DNA from: Kudoa neothunni
Lineage: Eukaryota; Animalia; Cnidaria
Direction of reading: 5' to 3'
Assembly (NCBI GenBank): GCA_964304625.1
Contig: OZ199839.1
Coordinates: forward strand, 4,139,092 to 4,203,091
DNA length: 64,000 nucleotides
Part shown: positions 51,476 to 64,000 of the stretch, in pieces
How positions within the stretch are numbered: position 1 is the stretch's first letter
Layout: every line of letters begins with the position of its first letter
Program-made: the position numbers and the translations under genes
The notes under the pieces: generated by a model
The model's database searches: none
What the model was told of the DNA's origin: nothing
The model's input: only the letters and a program-made list of their open reading frames with translations

Positions 51476-54400
51476 TCTTTTTGGTGAGAAACGGAATTAC
51501 TATCAATATAATCACCCTTTATCTAACAATCTTATGCGCGTGATTTTGTTGTACTTTTTAACACCTTATCTACTTATTTGAAAGGGTATAATCTTGAAAC
51601 ACTGAATGTGTATATATGATATAAGACCGAATCACTTTAATCTTATCATTTATATGTTAAATATTAAGTATAATTTATCTAAGTATTAATTTTACGTTGT
51701 TTTCGTCAACCCAGGCCTAAAGTCGAGTCAACCCTAACCAGTTTACTATTTAAGTTATGGGATTTAAAGCTTAGTGTATGAGCGAAAAATCGAATATAGC
51801 GTTAGCTGTGAAACTAGATTTTAATTCTTCGAATTTGCATATATAAATCGTATTTATTGTATACACATCAATGAAATACATTGAAACAATGTCAACTATA
51901 TATTTTTCTGCCCTATGTCCGAATTATAAAAGAAAGCAGACAATATAAGATAGCCGAATAATTAAGATAAAAATCTCAATAACATATCTTTTTCTGTTAT
52001 CTTCCAATACAAAGGTGACAAACTTTATAGGATAATCCTGGTTTTGAAATAGATCATTGGCTACTTTTTTCGATATTTATTATTCCAAGTAAATTGTTTT
52101 TGAAGGTTTTCTTAAAGTGAAATATGTCATATGACTATGCTACATGAATAATTCCTCAGTTCTACAAACGTTTCCAATATCAAGTAAACGATATCAAATA
52201 AATAACTTGGTGCAAATCTTATTGGCTTAACGATAATTACCATCTAAGTCGACTAAAAGTGGAAAATTTGATATACATCAGAAAACACAGCTAATTCGTT
52301 TCTCACATATACTTTTTAAGTTTTTAATAATTTTTGATCAATTATTCTAAATTTAAGAATTCTTTTTCAGTACAGTTAGTTGTATCTATAGTTAGTAATA
52401 AAGAAACGTTTAGCATAACGTAATGTTTCCCGACCTTTTTTATCCGTTGTTCATATTTTTTCAAAAAAAAAGATTTGATGACACATATAAATATTAAATT
52501 GATTGAATAGAATTAAACGTTAATAATGTTTATTTGTTGATAATATTTATTTTCAGTATTATGTATAAAACTCAATAATAATTAAATTTGTGTACTTTTA
52601 ATATAATTATTGTTAATATGTTAATTAAAGAATATTATTTAGAATCACTTGTGCTGTGAATTTTCAAGCTTTAATATTACCTTTTAAACAAACATTAATA
52701 AACCGCTAAGCTTGTCTTTAATCGTTTTTTCGTATTTTAATAAATGTTTTAAATATTAATTTTATGTTATCATCAGTAAAAGTTACAAATTATCAATATT
52801 TGTTTACATATTCTCCCATATTCAATGTGACGAGGGAACAATAATTTTTTATTTATTTCTCACTGTTCATAAAAAAATGTGAACAAGCATTGTAGCATGT
52901 ATTCTTTTAAACTCAATATATTTAAACATAATATTTATACCACTTTTTCGAATATAAATTTCCATTATCTAATATCAATGCTTTTTAATCCGTCTGACAC
53001 TTAAAAATAATTTATTCATATGGTAATTAACTTTTTATTACAAAAAGATACTATTTCGTTATTCATTACATTGTTATATATATATTAAATAGATATAATA
53101 GTGTTTGATAATACTTTTATTTGTAATATTTAAAAATTTAATGTAAACAAGTATAAAATATTACTGTAACATTAGTTTCTATCAAGAAAGGAATGAATGA
53201 TCATATCAGAGAATAAGACGTTGACTTGGTGTAACACCGTTTGACGGAGATCTAGTTTAATGTAATTTTAGTTATATTAGTAATTAACCAATAATGTTGA
53301 CTATAATATGAAAAACAAATTTTTTACAGAACAGGATTTTTTTCCATCCGCAACTATTCTACAAATCAAATTTGTTTAACGCATAAATAAAGATTAATTA
53401 TTTATCATAATTTTAATGAAAAAATTATACTTTTTAAAATATTCAACATAAACAATTTAATTATTTAATTTGGGAATAAAATATAATATACGCCCAAGGG
53501 TGTTGTTATCAATGTTTAAAAAATTACTTTTTTTAGTAAATATTTTAGGTGATAAGAAAACTATTTTTATTAAACGTTTTAATTATTTAGGTTTATGTAT
53601 TAATTAATAGACATTGTCTTTTTATGAAATATACGCTTTTTAAACATAATACATTAATGTGCTTGATGAGTACTTTAGGGAGTTATATTTTTCTATTGAA
53701 TTGTAACACAGACAAACGCCGATTATCTAGAAAACTTTTGACAAATTATTTTCCTTCCATATAACGAGATTTCGGTTCATCTAACAATTATCAATATTCA
53801 AACTCAATTAAATCAAAATATAATTTATAATATCTTTCAGATAATACGATTTTCGGATAGTCGACAGTTCTTTATATTTCACCTAAATGCGCATGCTTAA
53901 TTTACAGCATATTGTTTTCGTTGTATAAAATATATTTTATTGTTCATCTAATACACGTTAATATCTTATTTTGATATAAAACCGAATTTTTTAGTTTATA
54001 ATTTTTTTATATTAATTTTGAAGTTAAAACAAACGTATAAATTCATTATCTCCCCACAAATGGTCATGACGATATAATTTTCTTTATTGAATACTTTTTT
54101 TAAGTCGTGAATGATTTTGAAATATGTGTGGAAAAAATATATGTGCCATTCCAAGTGTTTCAAAATGATTCATTGCAATTTTATTTGTAAATTAAAAATA
54201 TCACGTATTACAATCAATTATAAATACTGTTGTATACACACAAATAAAATAAAAATGTGAATGTTATTTAAAATTTACTCCTTTCATAATTTTCTATTGT
54301 GTTCAATAAAATATTTAGAAATTTTATTTCGTTGATTATAAATATGACCGACAGATCAATGATAAAAAAATACAAATTGGATCGTACGAAATATATTCTC

Positions 54401-55731
54401 ATGAGAGAGCTACTTGGCACATTACTTTGTATAATACAAATCATTAATTTCGTATAATTTGATGTAATTAACTAATAAAATTCCATCTGTAGAGTAATTT
54501 CAGATTAATAATTCGGCGAGAAAACTGAAGTGTTGTAAATACCTTTAAGTTTTAATAGTTAATTTTGATGTGCAATGTAATTTCTAAATATGCTCGTTCC
54601 ATATACATATTTAATGGATAGTTCTACTTAAGTATTAAGTAATTAAAAATCCAGAAATTCTTCATAGACCTCCAAAAATCTGCCACAACCCACCTGTGGA
54701 GCATATGATCAACGATTGGTAAGACTGCTCTAGAATTGTACTCTCTATTTAAATAAAATCATAGTTTTACGCATATTGTTGCAATTCATTTTAGTTCGTA
54801 GCGGAAATCCAAAGAAATTTGTAGTTTGCAGCACATCATCCCTTTTTATCAATTTTAGTGACTAGTCTGTTTACTGGTTTTCAAAATAATTTCTTTTTTA
54901 ATTTTTTCTCATTTGCATGAGCATAATCTTCTTTAAATCAGATTCACAAGGTATAATTTTGTAAAAAAGAGAAAATTTTTTGCGTTGGGCATATATATTA
55001 TGGTTTCTGATTCATTTCTAGCAAGAAACTGAACACCAACGTTGATATGTAAGTTAAATAATTTTGAATTGTATATAATTAAAATGAATAAAACAAAGGA
55101 AGTTTTAACTAGTTATATAAAAGTTTAAGCTTAGCCATACACCACCGTATGTTGATATGAATTTATAAAGTGAGTAATTAGAATAAAATACAAACTTTAT
55201 ATTAAATATTGAAATTGTTTATGATTTTAGAATGAATTTCACATATATAGAACTCTCATCTCGCCTAAATCCATATGACTAATTAGACCAACTGTTTTCC
55301 AAATGTTTTGTTAATAACAAGCTGGTTGGACCATTATTCATGTACCAAAATGGTATCGTTACCATCGGTTATCCTATAGTATTATGGAGTCGGTAACTAC
55401 AGAGCATTCTCAATCCGTAAAATATTATTTTTAAAACTAAGATCGGTTATTCAATTGATAAGTGAAGTTTCTAGCATGTATTTATATTTGAATTATCTAC
55501 CTATCACTATCGTCAGAGAAACATCAACCACGAGTTCTAAACAAACTTGCTCAAAATGGTAAAGCAGTTCGCAAGGCAAAAGAAATTAAAACTGAGTTTG
55601 ACCAGAAAAGGCGCAAGAAACATCGATGGGGGACTGCAAAGAAAATATTATTTACCGAAAAACATATAGTAAGGTAATTAAAGTAAAGTAGGTATAGTGA
55701 GGGAATGGTAATAAGTTGTAACTGATAATGA

Positions 55732-57006
55732 TTAAGCGTCAGCGTTAAAGAGGTACTCGTACACATATTGGAAATGGGTTTCAAAGTCATCCTCAAAGTC
55801 ATCACAACTGAAACTGTGTACTGCGAACTCGAGTTCATCACATACTTCTGAACAACTCATCTGATCCTTTCGTTGGAGGTGTTGTTTAATGTGTTCGAAC
55901 ACACCATCCATTGGATGCTCCTTGTTAGCATACGTAGGTGGAATGATGATGAAATTGAAGGAGAAGTCTGAGTAACATCGAGAAACATGATTGAACGCAA
56001 ATTGCAACTGAGGAGAGTAGTCAGAAACGATAGTGACACTATATTTATGTTGTTCAATAAATTTTTCCTTTATATCTTGAAGAATATTTATGTAGTTGGA
56101 GAAGACGATTTTATCCCAGTTGAGCGAAACGAATGCGTTATTGTTCTTACCCATTGCAACTAAAACATCAAAGCTCATTTGAGTTCTGTGTTGAGAGGGT
56201 TTATTTTGTCTCAAGGTGTAACTAAAATTATCAAACATTTCGTCGTGGTAATCGACAGTGAAATTATAGACTTTTTTTCTGAGAAAAAGTACATCTTGGA
56301 TGAGCTCGGATGTTTCCACGTCCATTGCGTAGCTAAATTAAAACGAAGAATAATTTAAACTATCGTTGTGCAACTGTCCAATAATGATATTTTACCTTAA
56401 CAATGAGTAAAGCTCGTTTATAGTAAAACTTCCCATCCTTCTAGTGAAAGAAGGGGCGATATGGTGCTTAACACTCATGAACGAAGAAATGAAGGAACTT
56501 GAAACTTTCCTTTTGATGCGATTCGAAATCATATTCGATAATGTGTAAGGACTAAGATCGTCGTGCCAGGTCAAAATATGCCGTAGATACTCTTCTTGTG
56601 TAAACGTCAACTGACTCAATTCGTCAACATTTTCGCTATGCAGACGGACAGTTAGCTCGTATTTCAGATGATAATATATCTTTTTGACACTAGCCAGTGG
56701 TAAACCTAGCTTGGCTGCAACAACTCTTGGACTTGCTCTTTTTTTCTGAATGAGTAAATAAAAATTTAAATCAATAAGAAAAGAAGAAAAATTTGATTTT
56801 TGTATCACTCTGATAATGTCCTAATAGTCCAATAATTACTGATAAGCATACTAACGTACACATAAATAGGAAATTTTCGTGACACATTCGCATCGTTAAA
56901 GTCAATAGATATATTAAAATATAGGAATTATTACTCGTATCAATCGCTTCATGTTTTGAATAAGAGTGGTCTCATATTCCAACTGACCGATAGAAGTAGA
57001 ATCCAT
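55732..57006 (-). CDS. Intact spliced gene derived from a Tc1/IS630 (DDE_3) transposase, putative domesticated HTH DNA-binding protein of about 344-365 aa
   Basis: Exons 57006-56935, 56820-56396 (possible in-frame 63-nt intron 56746-56808) and 56332-55732, GT-AG and in frame. HTH ASPRVVAAKLGLPLASVKKIY; second HTH LTFTQEEYL..LSPYTLSNMI..KVSSSFIS; degenerate DDE motifs TIVSDYSPQL and IIPPTYANKEHPMDGVFEHIKQHLQR. Confidence 0.75.
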
Positions 57007-57749
57007 TTGATCAAAATGCTCACAGTCGAACTTTTATTAGAATCAGCAATGTAAACAAGAGTTGCATTGTCACAAGATATTTGTTGCTGCCACTTCATTT
57101 TTAGGCTTTTAGTTCATTTTCCAGGGTTACTATTTTGAAATAAACTATTCAAGCTGCCACTGTTATATTTAGGTGTGAGGCGTCGCCTTGAGTGTTGGTC
57201 GCTTTTTTTGGGAATTGCCTAGCAAATAGATTCGACCTAATGTCACGTTTTACACTTCATGATAGTTAAGAATTGTTGTAGTTATTTCACAACAACAAGA
57301 ACTTAACCTTTGAATGATGATGCTATTAACAATTAGTAACGCTACATCATTTTAACAAGCCTCAAGGTTTTTTCTACATACTGATTAATCGTTTATATTA
57401 ATTAATGTAAAATGCAACATTCTTGATCTGAAACGTATTTCTAAAACATGCCGACGTAAATATATCTAAGCACTCATCTGTTCATTAGATAAACAAAAAT
57501 AATCTTCGGTACCATCACAATGACCTAGGCCTACAATTTTTGAACACGTCTATTGAGCGTATAGAAAATATGGTTCAATATTTTTTTAGCTTCACGGAAA
57601 ATTTGAAATACACAGAGCCAACTAATTTTTAACTTGGCGTTTTAATTTATTCAGCACAATGGAAAAACAAGTAAACATTTTATTTCTTTAAACCTTCATA
57701 AAAATTAATTCACTGATCTTTTCACAGCTTCAAATAATTAACGCTTTTC

Positions 57750-58850
57750 ATACCTTATACAAAAAAGAATAATAATTTATATGAATTTTTACATGGAAGT
57801 ATTTTAAGGAGGATATATTATGAAGAGGAAGACGGCGAATCGAATAATTTTTATCGTAGAAAATAATTAATTTATTAAAAAGAACACACACTACCAATAA
57901 TTATCCCAACAACATCAAAAGTCTGATCTGATTCTGCTCAATGGGCGGAATTATAATTGCACTTAGGTCACATAGAATAGCGAGCGTACATTCTAACCGA
58001 AGTTTCATCACCGAATGCAAAAACAGTGACCTTATTGATGCGTTAACTTACAATTTAATGAATATTAATCTACACTAAATTTCCATTCCAATTATATAGT
58101 GGGCGTGAGGAGCGTTTAATGCTTTATAGGAGGTGAGAACCACATTTATAGTTTGGAAGCGTTGTTTAATTGTATCACTATTAGATCCTACAGACAAGAT
58201 AATCACAAATTTCCCTTTTTGTTTGTGCATTACGTTAATATTCTATTAAATAAGAAAAATATAATGCTGTATAAACTCCTATATTTGATGGAAGAGCACA
58301 CGGAGGAATATTTTTTTTAATATTACGTACGGTACTTAAACACATAAGCATCTTCCCAAGTAATTCGGCTAACAATTTAAAAAATACGAAAAAATTGCCA
58401 TCAACCTCATTTCCAATAGAACGAAAAAGTAGGTGATTAAGGTCAACACAACACTTTCACGAACATTGCAATTTGATTGCATCGCTTTCATTTTGAATAA
58501 GATATAGAAAAATATTCATCAATAAAGTAACCCAAAATAAAGAGCTTAATTCCATGAATAATTATTAACAAAGTTATATATTACAGGCAACATAATCTTC
58601 CTTCAAAAGTAACAAGCTGGTCATCTACAGTGACATCCCGATTTGTAGTATAACATAATGATAGGATATAAATTAACTTAGGTAGGATAAACGTCACGAA
58701 TCAAACCAAATTTTTGTTTTTCTCTGCGCTCACCAACGCTGTAGTCATCTAATTACACAGATCATGATATAGATTTGAACTTTCGAATCTATATCGGCGA
58801 CGTATTTGGCTATCTTCGATCACATTGATTAGCTCCGGTTATTGTTTAAC
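57750..58850 (-). mobile_element. Heavily decayed piggyBac transposase remnant
   Basis: Minus-strand fragments RRYRFES, ERREKQKFGLIRDV, YTTNRDVTVDDQLVTFEGR. Ends not defined. Confidence 0.75.
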
Positions 58851-59989
58851 TCTATATTTTTATGCACGTCAATTAAGATTAATTTTCCTATATACTCTAT
58901 ATATTAAATACACTTCACGTCCTTCTAGTTTACCCAAGTGCATTATTCATTATTTATCGTAAATATTTGTATTTTAAGAAATACGTTGACCCATAACCTT
59001 AGTAAAAAAATATTAAGACATTCAAAGATATTTTTTTATACATTTAAAGGAGTGAATAATAAAATCATGACAGAAATTCATAATGTTTTAGAAGGAAGTT
59101 TACTATCTTCAAAAATTCTATGGAATCGTCCGAATATTCTAATTTAATTATCACAATAATAATCGGATGTTAAGGACTTATTGTTTATGTAATAACTTAC
59201 CTGAACACGTTGTTTAAGTGATACAAATAGAGAAAACAGGACTCTGCCAAGCTCAAGGCTATTTCGAATTTTTACAACCATAATTCTATAAAACTAAAAA
59301 TTACTAATAGCTTATCACAGATGTAAGAAAATTCAATTAATTCATTAACTAATTAAATATTCGCATTTATAAATATTCCTAAAAGTAAAAAAATATTTTA
59401 AACATCACAAAAATCCGTGAATTTCACAATAAAAAGCTAAAGATCATTGTAATTTTAATGGTATATTTAAACGGATTTATTATTGTGGTATTATTTTAAA
59501 TTAGTTGTCATAATGATCACCATGTTCACTTTTCAAATATGGAAACATCTCTTTTTGTATTTAAAAATCCAAAGTAAGACAATTCAAGATTTTCACTTAT
59601 TATTTGGTGCTAAAATAAATAAATTTACAAATTATTAATAGAGTGTCATTTATAATCTTGGGAGTAATTTAAGCAACTTTACTACTTAATGGGATTGTGG
59701 CGCACGCATAAAATCGTATCAAACAATCTATTAGCAATGGTATCGATTCTAATGTTTGAATGACAAAATTATCTCACTCTATATATTGAACCAAATTATT
59801 TAAATACATTATTTCCTGATTTTACAGATATTATTAAATTTTATTGTGCAATTAACTTGAAAAACATATAATTTCAACTTTTTAAACAAAATTGTATATT
59901 TTTATTGATTTTAAATGTACAAAAATAATTATAGCGAATTTATAAAATCACAACAATCAGCTCTCCACTGAATAAACTTATTATTAGTC

Positions 59990-59999
59990 TGCGCACGCA
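59990..59999. promoter_or_regulatory. NRF1/Ewg-like TGCGCAYGC motif just upstream of the FLII start
   Basis: TGCGCACGCA about 27 nt before the ATG; related motifs precede MAPR (4033), DCAF6 (18659) and NF1 (51535). Confidence 0.4.
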
Positions 60000-60025
60000 A
60001 TTTCTATTTACAATTTTTATTATCT

Positions 60026-63000
60026 ATGGGTGACTATTATAAGAGCATTTTGGGAATAGATTTCTCCAACTACGAATGCAATGTAATATATTGATGTGAA
60101 TTATTGTCGATAAGATGCCATTTTCGGCCGATGGATAGGAATGGTTTAATAATGTGACAGATAAAATGCAAAATTTGGAATCCATCAAAATGGATTACAC
60201 ACATTTATCTGATCTTGAATTTTTGTCCAAATTTCATAATTTGGTACTTTGATGGTTGATTTGATATTTTGTTTTAATGAGTGGCTGGTGTAGGAGGAAA
60301 TTAGTTGTAGAAATAATAATCTCGAGAGTTTGCCCGATAGAGAAGCTGAGCAGCCCAACCAACTAAAAGTTCTCATTAAAATTATTTATGTCATCACGAT
60401 ATTTACGGATTGTGGTAGGTTTTGAAGTTATCGAAAAACCGTTTGACGTTTGAAACCCTAGAAAATTATCTAACTAGATACGATACACTTGAAACTATAG
60501 TAATATTATTTCTTTTATTAGTTTTATTTATTAGTGTTGTTAGGATTTATCAGAAAACAATCTTGAGGATATTCCTCTCTCCATAAAAAACCAACATAAT
60601 CTCATCGTGTTAAATCTATCAAAGAACAGGTAATTCGACAAATAGAGATGATTTAGATGAAGCATTTGTCTTTTAGAATATCTTCCTTGGATCGTGATGT
60701 GATTTTTGTCGGTCATTTTATTTTTTAAAGTCGTTTCTTGTAGCTATTTACCGATATGGAACAACTAAGATTTTTGAATGTATCCCGCAATCTGCTGGGT
60801 ATTTTTGGGTTTCTTTTAATTGATGTTGTATAATGTTGTCTATAGAGGAAATGCCTTTCAACATTCAATGTCAGGAGATACAACAAATGGTAGTGGTTGG
60901 CGTGAGGATAGATTTAAATTATATTTATAGGATTTAAGCTATAACCCTTTTAAAACCTTGGACTCTGAGTGAGAGTGATCTGTTGATGACTCTAATTGAA
61001 TATTTAGTTTATTTCTTAATCTATCATCAATTAAAATATTGGATCTCTCCCATGTCAATGTAAAAATTAATAATTAATGTTATTCGTCGATGTGGGGGAA
61101 TTTTAGTTGCAACAATTATCTGAAAACACCAATCTTTTTACATTGTTTTGTCCCCTAACTAACTTGATTGGTATTTCGTTCGAATTTTATTTCATTATTA
61201 ATTTACTGCCACTAATATAATAGAACTCAATGTATCACATAATGAATTGAAAGAAAGTAATTTATTTTAATTTACAAATAAAAATTTGATTTCTATTGTT
61301 TAGTTCCTTTGTCTGTGTACGAGATTGTTTCGCTCAAAAAACTCAATCTCTCACACAATAAAATAACTATGATATCGTCAAAGATTTGTATACAAATTTT
61401 AACTACATAAGACTATATGTGGCCATTAAAATTTAATCCCTTTTAAATTAAATTGCGCATATGCAAAATTATTTTTAGCCCTCGAACACCTGAGGAAAAA
61501 AGTTACACAAATACCATGTGGTGGCCACATGAAAAAATGTATTAAAATAATTATTTACGTTATTTTTTACATCTTGAAATCTAATAAATTTAGTAAAAAA
61601 ATCAGGGATGCATTTTTGTGACGCTTATTTGCGCAAGTGTGAAGAACGGGAATAATTATGCTTTTATGTATGTTGAATAGCGTGAAAAATTAGAGATAAA
61701 CTGTTTCATTTTTCATATTTTTCTTCCCATTATTATTTTAACAGATACGATTTTGTTTTAATCTCAAAATCCATGATTTTATCATGAAATCTCTTCACCA
61801 GTTGACAGAAATATGTTAAAGTGTCAAGTTGTTATAGAAACCAAAAAATGGATGTTAATTAATTCCTTGCTTCAAAGTATAGTAATAATGTTTATATTAC
61901 CACAGATAAGCTTTTTTATATATTTTAACTAATTAAACATTATTATTTATAAGGTGGGCAGATTCAGGTATTCTTGTAACTTTTTTTCTTTTTTTGATTT
62001 TAAGCGGAAGTATTAAATATAAAACTCCATTATTTAAGTATCTTTAAGAACACCATTATACTATAAAATACACCAAGGGGAAACAGATAATAAATTATTT
62101 TCTAGCGTTATTGATTAACAAGCGTTGATTGACCACCTCCAGGTATTCGAGGGCTGACTATTATACAACTGTTATTTAATAAGTTAACAAATGTATTTTC
62201 ATAAAAAACTAATCGAATTAATCGATGCATTATATGTTAAAAATAATTCATAATAATTAATCTTAGTCAAACTAATAGGATTAAATTCTAACGGACAAAT
62301 AGTCATTACTTCCTTTTTTTATAAAAATCTAATTTTACTCCTGAATAGCCCATTTGGTTGAGCTCACTAGTTTGAGTTTGTCTTCAAATAGACTGGGAAC
62401 TTTACCAGTATATTCGTTGTTTTTTCGTTTTACTTTTAATTGATTACAGTCTGCAATCACCCACCTTGTCAGTTTGAGATGTCTATACTTGAATGGTAAC
62501 TTTAAGTGTGATATTTATGGAATGTATTTTGTTTCTCAAGACAACAAACTCAATCTGTATACAATTCCCGATAGTTTTGAAAAATTGGAGAATCTAGTAT
62601 ATTTTGTATAACAATTGACAAATGAGGTTCAATTTTTCGTAAAGACGACATTTATGTGTGCATTCAATGAGCTCACTTCTATTCCCAAGTCTCTGTGTGA
62701 ATGCGGCCAGCTGAGCACTCTGATCGTCAATGACAACGATCTTCAAACTGTTCCCGAAGAGATTTATTATTTAAAGAACATGAAAGTCGCTTTAAATATA
62801 ATCAATGCAACTTTTTAAAAAATCTATAGACCTTTGATTATCGCAATAATCCGAATTTCGTTATGCCAAAACGTCCCTCACTCGATAACGATGAATTTCG
62901 AGGAATGGATTTCTCTTATGAAAATGTGAAAAATATGGTTATCACCATGTTGAAACAGAAATTCAAACTTGAGCAGGAAGGTTTTTATTATTTTTTCTTT

Positions 63001-63091
63001 GATTATTACGATATGATATTATATGAGAGGTTCATATTTATTGTGATCTATTCATATTCTAGGACGAGAACGACTAAGAATCCAAAAAGAG
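60026..63091 (+). CDS. FLII: Flightless-I homolog, N-terminal LRR region (3' partial; gelsolin half outside the window)
   Basis: MGDYYKSILGIDFSN, DLSENNLEDIP..NLIVLNLSKN, FMCAFNELTSIPKSLCECGQLSTLIVNDNDLQTVPEEIYYL, FDYRNNPNFVMPKRP..GMDFSYEN, RERLRIQK. These parallel FLII GVDLSGN, LDVRENPNLVMPPKP, NIDFSLQ and RKMRLRRRK. About 19 exons. Confidence 0.9.
61476..62156. mobile_element. MITE (probably hAT) in a FLII intron
   Basis: AGCCCTCGAACACCTG versus reverse complement of the right end AGCCCTCGAATACCTG (15/16); flanks ATTATTTT / ACTATTAT (6/8). Confidence 0.65.
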
Positions 63092-63489
63092 GTATTTTTT
63101 CGAATTAAATTATATATGGCGGAGTTTATTTGATATTGTAATCGGCGCGATTTAATTTTAAAAAATATGGCACATGCCTGCGGCTAAAATTATTTATGCA
63201 TATTTTATATTTGACTGGGAAGCTAAGATTATACTTTTAATATTTTTTTATATTGTATATGTGCAGTTGAAATAATTGCAAGGGTTTAGTCGACTTTTCG
63301 TACAATTAGCGCGCGCATAATATAATGTAATTACGATTTTTGCATAGTTGGAATATCGAAGGTAGTTTTTTTAACTTATTAATTTTAATAAGAAGCAAAC
63401 ATATTTTTATAGTTATTCATAAATTAATAGTGAATCTGCTGTAAATGCCGATACAACGCTTTTTATTTATTTGTTAGAGATTTGAAATA

Positions 63490-64000
63490 CAGTTGAACCT
63501 CGATTATCCGGAAAATTTGGGACCATCAATTTTCATAAAAATAATGAGGCTCCAGTTGATCGAGCATAAACAACGGTATATGTGCGCGCAGTTTTAAAAT
63601 TTCTGCTTAAATGATTGTTTATTTAATTTATAAACGATTTTCACTGTTTATTAACTAAAATAGTTGAACTTCTGTAACTTAAATTAAAAATATTGGCATA
63701 TCTATTAAATAAGAATATGGAAATTTAAAATAAAAATAAAAAACAATGCGTGGTTATGGGAGAAAAACACGTCTACATAGGAATATCCTACTTTATTAAA
63801 ATATCGATAATTAATGTTTGTTTAATATAAATACAGGCATGTGGTCAGATATAATACAAATTTATATAAGAAATTAATGCTTAATTTAAGTTTTAAAAGA
63901 AAAATTTTTAAATAATTAATCTAGAAATACTTTTGTTTCAAATATTGCATTCGCGTACATGCTACATTGTATATTTCGTACGGTGATGGGTGGTACTTTT
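63490..64000. mobile_element. Tigger/pogo-type element end in a FLII intron
   Basis: TA+CAGTTGAACCTCGATTATCCG, a typical Tigger TIR. Partner end not seen in the window. Confidence 0.6.

Noticed and set aside
51600-55400. Long very AT-rich intergenic tract with a possible hAT end near 54725
   Set aside because: No ORF, paired TIR or structure could be supported.
1-64000. CRISPR arrays, rRNA, prokaryotic operons or defence systems
   Set aside because: No regularly spaced repeats or rRNA motifs; the sequence is intron-rich eukaryotic DNA.

Overview
This is AT-rich eukaryotic nuclear DNA with the standard genetic code and GT-AG introns mostly about 35-75 nt long. Five conserved but very divergent multi-exon genes can be read: a PGRMC/MAPR heme-steroid binding protein (-), DCAF6 (+), TMEM165/GDT1 (+), neurofibromin NF1 (-) and the LRR half of Flightless-I (+, runs off the window). 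A sixth intact spliced gene (55732-57006, -) looks like a domesticated Tc1/IS630-type transposase with an altered catalytic triad and is the most interesting object here. Intergenic DNA and large introns are filled with decayed class II transposons (several piggyBacs, a full-length Buster hAT with a perfect 8-bp TSD, a ZMYM1-like hAT, Tigger/pogo, FLYWCH-MULE and MITEs), often nested. I recognised no retroelement, rRNA, tRNA or CRISPR. Gene content, divergence and micro-introns suggest a fast-evolving reduced metazoan such as a myxozoan; this taxon call is inference only. Exon structures were derived by manual translation, and homologies were judged from remembered motifs, not database searches.
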